DNA of 64,000 bases from Coriobacteriia bacterium (GTDB lineage: Bacteria; Actinomycetota; Coriobacteriia; Anaerosomatales; PHET01): positions 1,238 through 65,237 of the forward strand of contig JAXMKZ010000004.1 of the NCBI GenBank assembly GCA_034370385.1, written 5' to 3'. This document shows, in pieces, positions 17,966 through 29,945 of this stretch (its first letter is position 1; the number at the start of each line of letters is the position of its first letter). The position numbers and the translations under genes are program-made. Under the pieces are notes generated by a model. It did not search any database, was not told the DNA's origin, and saw nothing but the letters and a program-made list of their open reading frames with translations.

Positions 17966-19765
17966 CTAGTCCGGAATCGGCGGAACGATCATGTTGCTCA
18001 GGAACTCGCCCCGTGGCAGAAACGGAAACATGTCCTCAAGCGGTCGCGACGCCATGCTTCCGTCGGGACGCTGGTAGGATGCCACACGCGGTTGCCGCGG
18101 TTCATCCGGGATTGCAACCACCCGGCAGATACAGGGTCCCGGAGCATCAAGTACGCGGCGAATGCCGTCCGCCACATCAGCTTGGTCGGCTATCTCGTCC
18201 GTCGGAAGGCAATAGGCCTCCGCGAGAGCGAGGACGCTCGGGAGGGTGAGGCCGCTCTCCGGATGCGCGCCGACGAGACGGTCAAAGTAGGCCGACTGTG
18301 CGCAGACAATCGATCCGTAGCCGCCGTTGTCGATGACGAAGACCTTCAGGGGCAGCTGCAGCCGCGCCACCACTTCCAGCTCGTGGGAGTTCATCTGGAA
18401 GCCGCCATCGCCCTCGACGCAGACAGTCTGCTGGCCCCCCGAAGCCAAACAGCCTCCCGTGGCCGCGGGCAGACCGAAGCCCATGGCACCCAATCCTGTC
18501 GTCAGGTACACGCGCTGTCCGGCCTTGGCGGCGTAGGACAGCAGGAACATCTCCACAGAGTTGCCGGAGCTCGCGGGTACCACCAGCGCGCCCTCGGGAA
18601 GCGCCTCGCACAGCGACTGGGTGAAGGTGTACATGCTGACTGGGCCCGTGGCCGGCAGCTCCCTGTCAACGAGCGGGTACGCCTCTCTCCAGGCGGCACA
18701 CTGCGCGATCCACGAGTCCACCGACGGCAACGTCCGGCTGCCCAACTGACGCAGGAGTTCGTGGATGAACTCCTTTGCGTCAGCGCACACGCTCAGATCA
18801 AGATGGGGCTCGATCTTGCCGATTTCCGCACTATCGATGTCCACCATTACCTTGCATGCACCGCGGGCAAGCCGATCCGGCGCGAAGGCGGTACACACCA
18901 GATCGAGCCGAGCGCCTATCGAGAGGAAGAAATCCGAGTTCTGTAGCGCGAAATTGGGCGCGCGCGGCGCCATGGAGCCGGGACGACCAACCAACAGCGA
19001 GTGATCGTCGGGAACGAGGTCAAGCGCCGGCCACGTCAGCCCGAAGGGAGCTCCTGCGGCGTCCACCAGCTGCCGCATCTCCGCCTCGGCGCCGGCGAGA
19101 CGAACGCCATTGCCGAACAGCAGGAAGGGGCGTTCGGCCGCCTCGAACAGGTCGAGTGTCTTGCTCACCAGTTCCTCGAGCGCGCCGGCGCCCACCACTT
19201 CGGCGCCCCTCAGTGGCTCGTAACCGACAAGAGTCGATTCTTCAACCGCCGCCCCTTGCACATCCAGGGGAATCTCCAGCCACACCGGACCGGGACGCCC
19301 TGAGGTGGCGAGGTGCACTGCCTTCTCAAGATGGTGCCGAATCATCGTCGGGTCCATCACCGTCACGGCGTACTTCGTGATGGACGATACGATCGTCGGG
19401 AGGTCCAACTCCTGAGGGCCCCTGTTGCGAACGCCGGAATCGCCCTTCAGGTCAGCACGCTTGACTTGACCCGAGATCACGAGCATCGGCGTGGAGTCGA
19501 GCCAGGCTCCCGCGACACCGGTGAGGGTGTTCGTGCCTCCGGGACCTGCCGTCACAACAGCGACACCCAGACGATTGTCGTACTTGGCATACGACTCTGC
19601 CGCGATTGCGGCCGCCTGCTCATGCAGATGGGCTACGAACGTGATCTCGTCGCGCCCGCCGATCGAGTCATTGAGGTGCATCGCTGCCCCACCCACGAGC
19701 ATGAAGACATGCCTGACGCCCTGGTCCACGAGAAACTGAGCGACGTAGTCTGACACCTTGATCAT
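17966..19765 (-). CDS. Thiamine-diphosphate-dependent enzyme of the acetolactate-synthase/YerE-like family
   Basis: 599 aa. N-terminal VRHVFMLVGGAAMHLNDS...HEQAAAIAAESYAK (Pyr domain) and C-terminal GAMGFGLPAATG...CVEGDGGFQMNSHEL (GDG-x-N ThDP/Mg motif). Confidence 0.85.
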   Translation of the reverse strand: MIKVSDYVAQFLVDQGVRHVFMLVGGAAMHLNDSIGGRDEITFVAHLHEQAAAIAAESYAKYDNRLGVAVVTAGPGGTNTLTGVAGAWLDSTPMLVISGQVKRADLKGDSGVRNRGPQELDLPTIVSSITKYAVTVMDPTMIRHHLEKAVHLATSGRPGPVWLEIPLDVQGAAVEESTLVGYEPLRGAEVVGAGALEELVSKTLDLFEAAERPFLLFGNGVRLAGAEAEMRQLVDAAGAPFGLTWPALDLVPDDHSLLVGRPGSMAPRAPNFALQNSDFFLSIGARLDLVCTAFAPDRLARGACKVMVDIDSAEIGKIEPHLDLSVCADAKEFIHELLRQLGSRTLPSVDSWIAQCAAWREAYPLVDRELPATGPVSMYTFTQSLCEALPEGALVVPASSGNSVEMFLLSYAAKAGQRVYLTTGLGAMGFGLPAATGGCLASGGQQTVCVEGDGGFQMNSHELEVVARLQLPLKVFVIDNGGYGSIVCAQSAYFDRLVGAHPESGLTLPSVLALAEAYCLPTDEIADQADVADGIRRVLDAPGPCICRVVAIPDEPRQPRVASYQRPDGSMASRPLEDMFPFLPRGEFLSNMIVPPIPD

Positions 19766-19769
19766 GGTG

Positions 19770-20270
19770 TCACCGCTCCCGATTCACATCGTGCTGGGCG
19801 ACCACGAGGTCGAGGACCTCGCGCACTGCGCCCTTGCCGCCGGCAGCTTGTGTCACGTAGGCGGCCCTGGCAAGCGCCGCGGGGTGCGCGTCAGCGGGAG
19901 CACACGCGACCCCCGCGATCTCCATCGCGGCCAGGTCGATCACGTCGTCTCCGATGAAGCAGGTCTCGGCCAGCTCGATGTTGTGCGTTCGGGCGAAATC
20001 GCCCAGCGCGGCTGCTTTGTCGTGGCACCCGGCGAAGACATCGCCGATCTTGAGCTTCGCAGCATACCGATGGACGAGGGCCATGCCGCTCTGGCTCGAT
20101 TCTCCGGAGACCAGCGCCACGACAATCCCCGCTTCGCGGGCAAGCGCGATTCCCGTGACGTCGGCGAAGCAGAAGCGTTTGAGTTCGACACCGTCGGCAC
20201 CCCACAGGAACGTGCCGTCCGTGAGAACGCCGTCCACATCCATCGCCACTGCCCGAACCTGGCGGAACAT
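19770..20270 (-). CDS. HAD-superfamily KdsC-type (ulosonate-phosphate) phosphatase
   Basis: ATG 20270 lies 1 nt after the upstream stop. AVAMDVDGVLTDG (DxDGV), ...LVSGESS..., ...FIGDDVIDL... is the pattern of Kdo-8-P/Kdn-9-P phosphatases. Confidence 0.75.
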   Translation of the reverse strand: MFRQVRAVAMDVDGVLTDGTFLWGADGVELKRFCFADVTGIALAREAGIVVALVSGESSQSGMALVHRYAAKLKIGDVFAGCHDKAAALGDFARTHNIELAETCFIGDDVIDLAAMEIAGVACAPADAHPAALARAAYVTQAAGGKGAVREVLDLVVAQHDVNRER

Positions 20271-20271
20271 G

Positions 20272-21141
20272 TCAGGTCTGATTGCGGAGGCGGGCGACGA
20301 TAGGGAGCTCACGCTCGAGCACCTTCTTCTCCGGACTGCCGAGACTGGTTTCAACGAGTCGAATATCGCGAACCAACTTGGTGAGTCCGCTGGGCTCTAG
20401 CGATGCTGCCTGGTCGGAGCCCCACATCGAGCGGTCGAGCGTTATGTGCCGCTCAACAACACAGGCACCCAGCGCGACCGCAGCGACAGTCGATGCCAAC
20501 CCCGTTTCGTGACCGGAGTAGCCGATGGGCACGTCGTACCGCTCGCGCAGCGTCTCCATCACGCGCAGGTTCAACTCGTCATAGCGAGCCGGGTAGGTGC
20601 TCACTGCATGCAGAAGTACGAGATTGTCCGTGCCGAGAATGTCCACTGCTTTGTCAATCTGCTCGATCGTGCTCATGCCAGTCGAGAGCATCACCGGCTT
20701 GCCGGTCGCACGCGTGCGCTTCAGTAGTGAGTCATCCGTGAGACTCGCAGAGGCGATCTTGAAGCACGGGAGATCGAACTGCTCCATGAACTCGACGGAC
20801 GGCTCGTCCCAGCATGATGCTGACCACTGGATGTCATGCTTGCGGCAGTGCTCGTCAATCGCGCGATACTCCTCGATGCCGAACTCGACGCGCTCTCGAT
20901 AGTCCATGTACGAGATGTAGCCCCAGGGCGTCTCACGCATGAGATCGCGCTGCGCCGCGGGCACGCAGATGCTAGGAGTTCGCTTCTGGAACTTGACCGC
21001 ATCGCATCCCGCAGCCGAGGCGATTTGGATGAGTCGCTTGGCGATTTCGATATCGCCGATATGGTTGATGCCGATCTCCCCGATGACATAACAGGGGTGT
21101 TCCGGCCCGACCATTTTGTTTCCGACGGAGAGTGATTTCAT
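20272..21141 (-). CDS. NeuB-family (sialic/ulosonic acid synthase-like) PEP-condensing enzyme lacking the C-terminal SAF domain
   Basis: 289 aa. CYVIGEIGINHIGDIEIAKRLIQIASAAGCDAVKFQKR...KIASASL...LSTGMST...YSGHE...VERHITLDRS is the NeuB TIM barrel. The ORF ends about 50-60 aa short of canonical NeuB. Confidence 0.8.
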   Translation of the reverse strand: MKSLSVGNKMVGPEHPCYVIGEIGINHIGDIEIAKRLIQIASAAGCDAVKFQKRTPSICVPAAQRDLMRETPWGYISYMDYRERVEFGIEEYRAIDEHCRKHDIQWSASCWDEPSVEFMEQFDLPCFKIASASLTDDSLLKRTRATGKPVMLSTGMSTIEQIDKAVDILGTDNLVLLHAVSTYPARYDELNLRVMETLRERYDVPIGYSGHETGLASTVAAVALGACVVERHITLDRSMWGSDQAASLEPSGLTKLVRDIRLVETSLGSPEKKVLERELPIVARLRNQT

Positions 21142-21200
21142 GAGGCGGATAGTACCACACTCAGAGACTCGACTACCCGGCGCTCTGCGGCCAAAAGCCC

Positions 21201-22103
21201 CTACTTTCGGCGACGACAGACGGCGCCCATCACGTACGAATCCCTGCCACTGACCGTAACCGCGAAGGTCGTTCGCTCCTCGACCAGCAATCCAACGCCT
21301 TCCAGAAGCGCCGTCAGGGCGTCCTCGGTGTAGAAGTTCACATGCTCATGCCAGTGTCGCTTCGACAGGTACGCTGCTTCCGGGTCCACGGCTTCACGCA
21401 CGACAGCCTCGTGCGGAACTTCGACCCACAGCGACGTACTAGGTCTCATCGCCCGCACGGCCTCAGTGAGGACGTCCTCGGGGAACGGCACGTGCTCAAG
21501 CACCTGGCTCACCACAACAAGGTCGTACTCATTGTCGATCGCCTCGTTCGCCGTAACGCGTTGAGCCCCGGTGATCACGGGCTTTTCGGAGATGTCGTAG
21601 ACGTGATGAACCGCCACCTCATGCCTGAACGGCGTGTTCAGACCGGTGTCCCCACCCCAATCGAGAACGCCCTCGACCCGCCCGATGCGCTCACGAAGGA
21701 ACTCCTCGACGTGGGGGATGTAGGAGTAGCCTCCCACCAGATCGTCGTTTCTTGCCTGATAGTCGGGCTCAAACCTGAGGCGCAGCGCCGTGTACTCTGC
21801 GTCTCGATATCCGTGATAGAGGGCCGCCAGTTCTTCGTCATCAAACCGGATGTCAAGGAATACCAAGCCGCAATCATTGCACCTCAGGGTGTTGCAGACC
21901 GAGTAGGCCATGCCGCACTTGAGATCGCGCATGTTCCACTCCGGCGTGATCTCAACTGGCTCCCATCCAAAGACGCGGCTGGCGACGAAGGGCATCAAGA
22001 CAGCTGGCGTCCTGGAGAGTCGATTGCCGCCGCAGCACACACACTCCTTCGCGACACGCGGACGCTGTCTGGTACTCACGCTCGCCTCCTCTTCCGCTGC
22101 CAC
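21201..22103 (-). CDS. Class I SAM-dependent methyltransferase with N-terminal double CxxC Zn-ribbon
   Basis: CVCCGG...CNDCG, then VLDWGGDTG...VVSQVLEHVPFPEDVL. An alternative GTG start at 22079 gives a GTGA overlap with the upstream stop. Confidence 0.7.
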   Translation of the reverse strand: MAAEEEASVSTRQRPRVAKECVCCGGNRLSRTPAVLMPFVASRVFGWEPVEITPEWNMRDLKCGMAYSVCNTLRCNDCGLVFLDIRFDDEELAALYHGYRDAEYTALRLRFEPDYQARNDDLVGGYSYIPHVEEFLRERIGRVEGVLDWGGDTGLNTPFRHEVAVHHVYDISEKPVITGAQRVTANEAIDNEYDLVVVSQVLEHVPFPEDVLTEAVRAMRPSTSLWVEVPHEAVVREAVDPEAAYLSKRHWHEHVNFYTEDALTALLEGVGLLVEERTTFAVTVSGRDSYVMGAVCRRRK

Positions 22104-23146
22104 TCAATCGTCCGACTCACCGCTTCGCACAGATCCACGGTCTCTCTCAGCCCGAGTTCCTCACGCGCACGCTGCGTCGATGGCACGTAGCGGTCGCCGC
22201 CACCTCCGAGATTCTCGACGCGGGTGCCAGCGATCGACACCCGTGGTGCACTTTGAAACGCCGCGGCGACGGTGCGTGCGACCTCGGCGATGCTGTGACC
22301 GTGCTCAGACCCGACGTTGTAGGCGCGTCCGCTCTCGCCTGCCAGAAGAATCGTCCAGAGCCACGACGCGAGCTCGGCCGCGTACAAGTACGACCGTACC
22401 GGCGTCCCATCACCTCGAACGCTGATCGGACCGCCAGCAAGTCCGTCGCGGATGAAGTTGCCCACGGCGAAATGGGCGTCCAGCGGCAAGTGCGGCCCGA
22501 CGAACGCGAAGCAGCGCGCAATCTTCACCGGCACCCCATGCTGAACCGCGTAGGTCGCACACAGTGTCTCCGCAAGACGTTTCGCCTCCGGGTAGGCCGA
22601 ACCCGCAGCCAGCGGGTCGGGACCGCCCGGCTGCTCCTCGGAGATCAGTTCAAGGTCGCCCGGCTGGACCCCGTACACAGCTCCCGAACTCGTGAAGAGC
22701 ACCCCGGAAGAGCCCCATGAGCGTGCGGCGTCGAGCACATTGCGCGTACCCCGCACGACCGTGTCGATCATGCGGAGCGGATCAGTCGCATTCTGTTGGG
22801 TGCTCGACTCGGCGGCTGCGTGAATCACGTGGGTGAACGGGCCAGCAGGGGCCTCGAAGTCGGTGACGTCGCCCTGAAGTAGTGATATCCCCGGATCCGA
22901 GGCGAGATGAGGCACCTTGGCAGCGAAGCGCTCAGGGTCGCGAGTGAGCACGACCGCGCTCGCATCAAGCGACAACACTCGATTCGCCCACGCGAACGAC
23001 TCCAGCAGCCACGTCCCAACGAACCCTGTGCCTCCCGTGATGAAGATCCGAGCTCCACTGAGACTGCTCCATGCCTCGGCGGAAGACTCAAGGATGCCGT
23101 CGAGATCCGAGGCGAGCGGATTGGCGTCACCGGCGTCGCGCAGCAT
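22076..23146 (-). CDS. NAD-dependent epimerase/dehydratase-family SDR (candidate CDP-4-keto-dideoxyhexose reductase/epimerase)
   Basis: 356 aa. RIFITGGTGFVGTWL, YPEAKRLAE (YxxxK). Its start shares one nt with the rfbH stop. Confidence 0.75.
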   Translation of the reverse strand: MLRDAGDANPLASDLDGILESSAEAWSSLSGARIFITGGTGFVGTWLLESFAWANRVLSLDASAVVLTRDPERFAAKVPHLASDPGISLLQGDVTDFEAPAGPFTHVIHAAAESSTQQNATDPLRMIDTVVRGTRNVLDAARSWGSSGVLFTSSGAVYGVQPGDLELISEEQPGGPDPLAAGSAYPEAKRLAETLCATYAVQHGVPVKIARCFAFVGPHLPLDAHFAVGNFIRDGLAGGPISVRGDGTPVRSYLYAAELASWLWTILLAGESGRAYNVGSEHGHSIAEVARTVAAAFQSAPRVSIAGTRVENLGGGGDRYVPSTQRAREELGLRETVDLCEAVSRTIEWQRKRRRA

Positions 23147-24483
23147 CAGATACGCACCGCCGAACGCAGGACTTTGACCATGTAAGCGAGCATCTCCTCG
23201 GTCATCCCGGGGTACACGCCGATCCAGAAGGCGTCTCGCATGATGCGATCGGTGTTGACCAGCTCGCCGACGACGCGGAAACCATCGCCCGATTCCCGCA
23301 TGCGGTCGAACACCGGCTGGCGCACCATGTTCCCCGCGAACAGCATCCGGGTCTGGATCTTGGCGGCCTCAAGCGCTCCCACCAGCTCATCGCGGGACAC
23401 AGGTGCGCCCTCATGCACCGTCATGAGATAGCCGAACCATGAGGGGTCCGACCCTTCAGTCGCCATGGGCATGATCAAGACGTCTTCGAGCGGCTGCAGC
23501 TCCTCTCGCAGGTACGCGTAGTTCTCCCTGCGCCGCGCCGTGAACTCCGGGAGCTTCTCGAGCTGCGCTACGCCGATCGCGGCCTGCATGTCAGTCGCCT
23601 TCAGGTTGAAGCCGAACTCCGAGTAGACGTACTTGTGGTCGTACCCCCTCGGCAAGGTGCCGAACTGCTGCGAGAAGCGCTTCCCGCAGGCGTTGTCTTT
23701 GCCCGACGGGCAGACGCAGTCGCGGCCCCAATCGCGCATCGACAGCATTATCTCTGCGAGCTGGTCGTTGTCCGTGTAGACCGCGCCGCCCTCGCCCATA
23801 GTCATGTGGTGCGGCGGGTAGAAGCTTGAGGTGCCGATATCTCCGAACGTGCCCGTCTTGCGCCCGCGGTACTCCCCGCCCAGGGCATCGCAGTTGTCCT
23901 CGATGAGCCACAGTGCGTTGGCGTCACAGAACGCCCGTACTGCGTCGATGTCGAACGGGTTGCCGAGCGTGTGGGCGAGCATAACGGCCTTGGTCCTTGG
24001 CGAGAGCGCCGCGTCAAGTTGCGTGACATCGATGTCGTACGTTCCCAGCGCCACGTCCACGAAGACCGGCACCGCCCCGAACTGGACGATCGGCGCAACG
24101 GTGGTCGGGAAGCCCGCAGCGACCGTGATCACCTCGTCACCCGGACGCATGGCGCGGTCGCCCAGCCAGTCGCTCGTTAACGCCGCGAACGCGAGCAGGT
24201 TGGCACTTGAGCCCGAGTTCACGAGCAGTGCGTGCTTGATGCCCAGATACTCGCCGAGCCCTGCCTCGAAGTCGCGCGAGTAGCGACCGTAGGTCAGCCA
24301 GAAGTCGAGTGATGAATCCACGAGATTCACGAGTTCGCGCTCGTCGAAGACCCTGCTCGCATATGCGACGCGACTCTCCCCGGGCACGAACACGGGTTTC
24401 GCGGCGAACTGCTCCGCATGGTACGCGCGGGTCAGCTCCAATATCTGCTGCCGGATGTCTTCGGCGCGATTGTTGTCGGTCAC
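23146..24483 (-). CDS. rfbH: CDP-4-keto-6-deoxy-D-glucose 3-dehydrase (E1; RfbH/DdhC, DegT/DnrJ/EryC1 family)
   Basis: [15 protein letters not shown]-terminus resembles Salmonella Rfb[24 protein letters not shown] has His in place of the PLP Lys. [11 protein letters not shown] gives the C-x-C-x7-C iron-sulfur motif. GTG 24483 overlaps the rfbG stop (GTGA); the longest ORF starts at 24504. Confidence 0.85.
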   Translation of the reverse strand: MTDNNRAEDIRQQILELTRAYHAEQFAAKPVFVPGESRVAYASRVFDERELVNLVDSSLDFWLTYGRYSRDFEAGLGEYLGIKHALLVNSGSSANLLAFAALTSDWLGDRAMRPGDEVITVAAGFPTTVAPIVQFGAVPVFVDVALGTYDIDVTQLDAALSPRTKAVMLAHTLGNPFDIDAVRAFCDANALWLIEDNCDALGGEYRGRKTGTFGDIGTSSFYPPHHMTMGEGGAVYTDNDQLAEIMLSMRDWGRDCVCPSGKDNACGKRFSQQFGTLPRGYDHKYVYSEFGFNLKATDMQAAIGVAQLEKLPEFTARRRENYAYLREELQPLEDVLIMPMATEGSDPSWFGYLMTVHEGAPVSRDELVGALEAAKIQTRMLFAGNMVRQPVFDRMRESGDGFRVVGELVNTDRIMRDAFWIGVYPGMTEEMLAYMVKVLRSAVRI

Positions 24484-25619
24484 GCCACTTCTCCTTGCGC
24501 CCATGCGATGCCACTGTGTGCGGCGGCCGCTGCGTACGCCTCAAGGTCGGTCTCGACCAGCGCCGATGCGTCTTGCCCCGTAGCGTAGGCTCGGTACCAC
24601 GAAGCGGTGCGCACGACCGTATCCTCAAAACTCCAGACCGGGCGCCACTTCAACACCTGTGCCGCTTTGCGAACGTCGAGCCGAAGAATCGCGGCCTCGT
24701 GCGGCTGCTCTTGAAGCTCGGGGGCATGCCAAGACCCCTCGCCCCATGTCGCGATGAGTTGGTCAACGACCTCACCCACCGTGCGAGCAGAGTCCGGGTC
24801 GGGTCCGAAATTGTAGGCGCCTTGCTCAGCTTCCTCACACCAGAGCGCTGCAGCCAGATGCAGATAGCCCGACAGGGGCTCAAGCACATGCTGCCACGGC
24901 CGAATCGAAGCTGGATTGCGAACGATGATGCTTGAGCCTGCCAACAATGCGCGCGCGCAGTCGGGCACAAGCCGATCTTCGGACCAGTCCCCGCCGCCGA
25001 TGACGTTGCCCGCACGCGCCGTCGCGATTGCGGCGGTACCCGGGGTACTGAAGAATGATGCCCGGTATGAGGCCGTCAGTATCTCGGAGGCCGCCTTGCT
25101 GGCGCTGTAGGGGTCATGGCCTCCCAGAGGCCGGTCCTCACCGAATGGCTCACCCGTTTCAGAGTTCGCGTAGACCTTGTCGGTAGTGACATTCACCACT
25201 ACCCGACAGTCGGCGCAGTCCCGAACGGCCTCCAGAAGATTGGCCGTGCCCATGACGTTGGTCTCGAACGTGTAGCGCGGCTGGGCATAGCTCCTGCGCA
25301 CCAGCGGCTGAGCGGCCAAGTGAATGACGGTCTCGGGTCGGATTTCGGCAACCAGCGCCGCGATGCCCCCGGCATTCCGAATGTCGCCGATCCGGCTATC
25401 CACCAACTCGTGCAGTGCCAGATCGGCGAACAGCGACGGCGATGTATCCGGCTCGAGCGCATACCCGAAGACCTCAGCACCCAAATCAACCAGCCAGCGG
25501 CTGAGCCAGGAGCCCTTGAATCCTGTGTGCCCCGTGACAAGAACCCGGCGACCCGAGAACACCCCACCGAATGGTGCCACCTCTACCAAACCTTCCAGGG
25601 GGCCTCGCCGGACTCCCAT
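24480..25619 (-). CDS. rfbG: CDP-glucose 4,6-dehydratase
   Basis: [32 protein letters not shown] (YxxxK), [14 protein letters not shown]. An alternative GTG start at 25580 would avoid overlap with rfbF. Confidence 0.9.
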   Translation of the reverse strand: MGVRRGPLEGLVEVAPFGGVFSGRRVLVTGHTGFKGSWLSRWLVDLGAEVFGYALEPDTSPSLFADLALHELVDSRIGDIRNAGGIAALVAEIRPETVIHLAAQPLVRRSYAQPRYTFETNVMGTANLLEAVRDCADCRVVVNVTTDKVYANSETGEPFGEDRPLGGHDPYSASKAASEILTASYRASFFSTPGTAAIATARAGNVIGGGDWSEDRLVPDCARALLAGSSIIVRNPASIRPWQHVLEPLSGYLHLAAALWCEEAEQGAYNFGPDPDSARTVGEVVDQLIATWGEGSWHAPELQEQPHEAAILRLDVRKAAQVLKWRPVWSFEDTVVRTASWYRAYATGQDASALVETDLEAYAAAAAHSGIAWAQGEVA

Positions 25620-26353
25620 AACGCTTCCAGCAGCTGTTTGTCACGTAGCGTGTCCATCGGCTGCCAGAAGCCGGTGTGCTTGTACGCGACCAGCTCCCCC
25701 GATGCCGCGATGCTCACCAGTGGCTCCTGCTCCCACATGGTGTCACTGTCCCCGAGGTGGTCGAAGATACCGGGCTCAAGCACGAAGAATCCGCCGTTGA
25801 CCCATCCACCATCACCCTGCGGTTTCTCCTGAAACGACAGCACCGCCTGCTCGTGAGTGAGGTCCATCGCTCCGAAGCGACCGAGGGGCTGGACCGCCGT
25901 GACGGTGGCCAGTTTCGCGTTTCGCTTGTGGTACTCGATGGTGCCCGCGATGTCGACGTCTGCGACTCCGTCTCCGTAGGTGAGAAGAAACGTCTCGCCG
26001 TCAAGGTAGTCCTTGATGCGCCGTATGCGACCGCCCGTAGGAGTCTCGGCCCCTGTGTCGACAACCGTGACGCGCCACGGTTCATTGGCATCCTGGTGAA
26101 TGATCGTCTCGTGCGTGCGTAGATCAAAGGTGACGTCACAGTTGTGAAGCCAGTAGTTCTTGAAGTACTCCTTGATCTGGTAGCCCTTGTATCCCGCACA
26201 GATGACGAAATCATTGATTCCGTAGTGGCTGTAGATCTTCATGATGTGCCACAGAATCGGCTTCTCACCGATCTCGGTCATGGGCTTGGGGCGCAGAACG
26301 GTCTCCTCGGACAGGCGCGTCCCGAGTCCACCGGCCAGAATGACGACCTTCAT
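25583..26353 (-). CDS. rfbF: Glucose-1-phosphate cytidylyltransferase
   Basis: ATG 26353. MKVVILAGGLGTRLSEET..RPKPM.EIG.KPILWHIMK.Y...G...F.IC.GYKG is the typical RfbF/DdhA pattern. GAGGAG SD. Confidence 0.9.
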   Translation of the reverse strand: MKVVILAGGLGTRLSEETVLRPKPMTEIGEKPILWHIMKIYSHYGINDFVICAGYKGYQIKEYFKNYWLHNCDVTFDLRTHETIIHQDANEPWRVTVVDTGAETPTGGRIRRIKDYLDGETFLLTYGDGVADVDIAGTIEYHKRNAKLATVTAVQPLGRFGAMDLTHEQAVLSFQEKPQGDGGWVNGGFFVLEPGIFDHLGDSDTMWEQEPLVSIAASGELVAYKHTGFWQPMDTLRDKQLLEALWESGEAPWKVW

Positions 26354-26366
26354 ACCCGACTCCTCA

Positions 26367-27332
26367 TCAGCCGTGCGCGGCGGCGCGCTCGTCGTAGCCC
26401 TCGCGGTTCGCTTCCCACCACTCGACCGTGCGCCTGACACCTTCGGCGAACGTCACTTCGGCCTCGAACCCGAAGAGTTCGCGGGCGCGCGCAGTATCGA
26501 GCTTGCGGCGCGGCTGGCCGTTGGGCTTGGACGTGTCCCAGATGATCTCGCCCTCGTATCCGACCGCTTCAGCGATCGTGGCTGCGAGGTCCTTCATCGA
26601 GATCTCCCAGCCCGCTCCGAGGTTCACCGGCTCCTCGCCGTCGTACTTCTCGGCCGCGAGCACAATCGCCCGAGCGCAATCCTCGACGAACAGGAACTCG
26701 CGCGTGGGCGAGCCGTCGCCCCAGAGCACCACGGTCTCGCTTGCGTCTCGGGCCGCGATCATCTTGCGGATCATGGCGGGGATCACGTGACTCGACTCGA
26801 GGTTGAAGTTGTCTCGTGGCCCGTACAGGTTCACCGGCAACAAGAACACGCCATTGAATCCGTACTGCTGGCGGTAGGCCTGGCACTGGACGAGCATCAT
26901 CTTCTTCGCCAAGCCGTACGGCGCATTGGTCTCCTCGGGATAGCCCGCCCAAAGGTCTTCCTCGCGAAAGGGAATCGGCGCGAACTTGGGGTAGGCGCAG
27001 ATGGTGCCCAGCGCGACGAACTTGCTCACGCCGGCGAGCCGTGCTTCCTCGATGAGCTGGATGCCCATCATGGCGTTCTCGAAGAAGTACTTGCCCGGGT
27101 TGGTCATGTTGGCGCCGATGCCGCCGACCACCGCTGCCAGATGAATGATCACGTCGGGCCGTGAGTCCGCGAGCATCCGCAGGATATCCTCGCGCTTCAC
27201 CAAGTCGTACTCGGGATACTCAGGAACGAACACGTCACGCGCACCGTGGCGCTCGAGCTCCTCAAGTACGAACGAGCCGAGGAAGCCGGCCCCGCCCGTC
27301 ACACAGATGCGCGCCCCTGCCAATTGAGCCAT
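26367..27332 (-). CDS. fcl: GDP-L-fucose synthase (GDP-4-keto-6-deoxy-D-mannose 3,5-epimerase/4-reductase)
   Basis: [14 protein letters not shown]...[13 protein letters not shown]...[11 protein letters not shown]...NLYGPRDNF. Directly follows gmd. Confidence 0.85.
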   Translation of the reverse strand: MAQLAGARICVTGGAGFLGSFVLEELERHGARDVFVPEYPEYDLVKREDILRMLADSRPDVIIHLAAVVGGIGANMTNPGKYFFENAMMGIQLIEEARLAGVSKFVALGTICAYPKFAPIPFREEDLWAGYPEETNAPYGLAKKMMLVQCQAYRQQYGFNGVFLLPVNLYGPRDNFNLESSHVIPAMIRKMIAARDASETVVLWGDGSPTREFLFVEDCARAIVLAAEKYDGEEPVNLGAGWEISMKDLAATIAEAVGYEGEIIWDTSKPNGQPRRKLDTARARELFGFEAEVTFAEGVRRTVEWWEANREGYDERAAAHG

Positions 27333-27336
27333 GGCT

Positions 27337-29864
<2,528 letters not shown>

Positions 29865-29910
29865 GTGGGGTCTCCGAGTGGGTGATCGACCGGGCATGCG
29901 AATGCCTGCG

Positions 29911-29919
29911 ATTGTATCA
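29911..29919 (-). promoter_or_regulatory. Extended -10 promoter candidate (TGATACAAT) for the long manC-to-GT2 operon
   Basis: The minus strand reads cctGATACAATcgc about 45 nt upstream of GTG 29864. TGn plus TACAAT; no clear -35 box. Confidence 0.45.
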
Positions 29920-29945
29920 GGACAGGGCGGGCCGACGGCGGGAGC

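Noticed and set aside
23146-24483. Reading rfbH as a ColD-type GDP-4-keto-6-deoxymannose 3-dehydratase (colitose pathway), given the adjacent manC/gmd
   Set aside because: The protein is E1-sized and has the C-x-C-x7-C iron-sulfur motif and an HH in place of the Lys region. It follows rfbF/rfbG directly, so the CDP pathway assignment is preferred.
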